Shown here piece after piece: positions 5,964 through 6,068 of a stretch of 6,068 nt of DNA (within the stretch, counting starts at the first letter, position 1; each line of letters starts with the position of its first letter). The stretch is taken from the IMG/VR virus record IMGVR_UViG_3300020041_000033, positions 1-6,068 of that record; one strand, written 5' to 3'. Below the pieces are notes generated by a model. It was given only the letters and a program-made list of their open reading frames with translations, ran no database searches and had not been told where the DNA came from. The translations under genes were made by a program, and so were the position numbers. This DNA comes from a virus.

Positions 5964-6068
5964 ATATCCCAAACGAAGTGGAGCCATGGAGGCCGAAGAC
6001 GCGCAGCGTCCCAGCCGTTAAGGCTGTCGGCCGGCGAAACGTAGTAGTTTTCGCGCTCGAAAGTACCG
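5960..6068. repeat. Terminal direct repeat, copy 2 (identical to 1..109).
   Basis: Exact 109-nt identity with the start of the window. Confidence 0.95.

Overview
The window is one complete circular ssDNA phage genome of the family Microviridae. It is written as a 5,959-nt unit plus a 109-nt terminal redundancy: 1..109 is identical to 5960..6068. All credible genes are on the + strand and tightly packed. Three carry family hallmarks. The first is an HUH rolling-circle replication initiator (VP4-like, 342..1412) with FITITI, HFH and YCVKYVTK motifs. The second is a 607-aa major capsid protein (VP1/F-like, 1416..3239). The third is a DNA pilot/minor capsid protein (VP2/H-like, 3874..5130). The gene set is gokusho-/alpavirus-like rather than phiX-like: the capsid protein is long and I see no recognisable G spike or D scaffold genes. 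Five small ORFs have no function I can assign from sequence. They are a 66-aa Cys/His ORF coupled to rep, an acidic 98-aa ORF after the capsid gene, a small membrane/lipoprotein-like ORF, and a basic + acidic gene pair in front of an intrinsic-terminator-like hairpin. No start codon has a Shine-Dalgarno motif and all upstream regions are A/T-rich, which suggests a Bacteroidota-type host (inference). The items most worth follow-up are: (1) the lipobox-bearing ORF (3570/3681..3872), in a genome with no recognisable lysis gene; (2) an exact copy of the phiX174 gene-A cleavage decamer CAACTTGATA on the coding strand inside VP2; (3) the unassigned two-gene cassette 5211..5862; (4) the G+C-rich, hairpin-dense non-coding region across the circular junction. 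I saw no tRNA, rRNA, CRISPR array, integrase or transposase.
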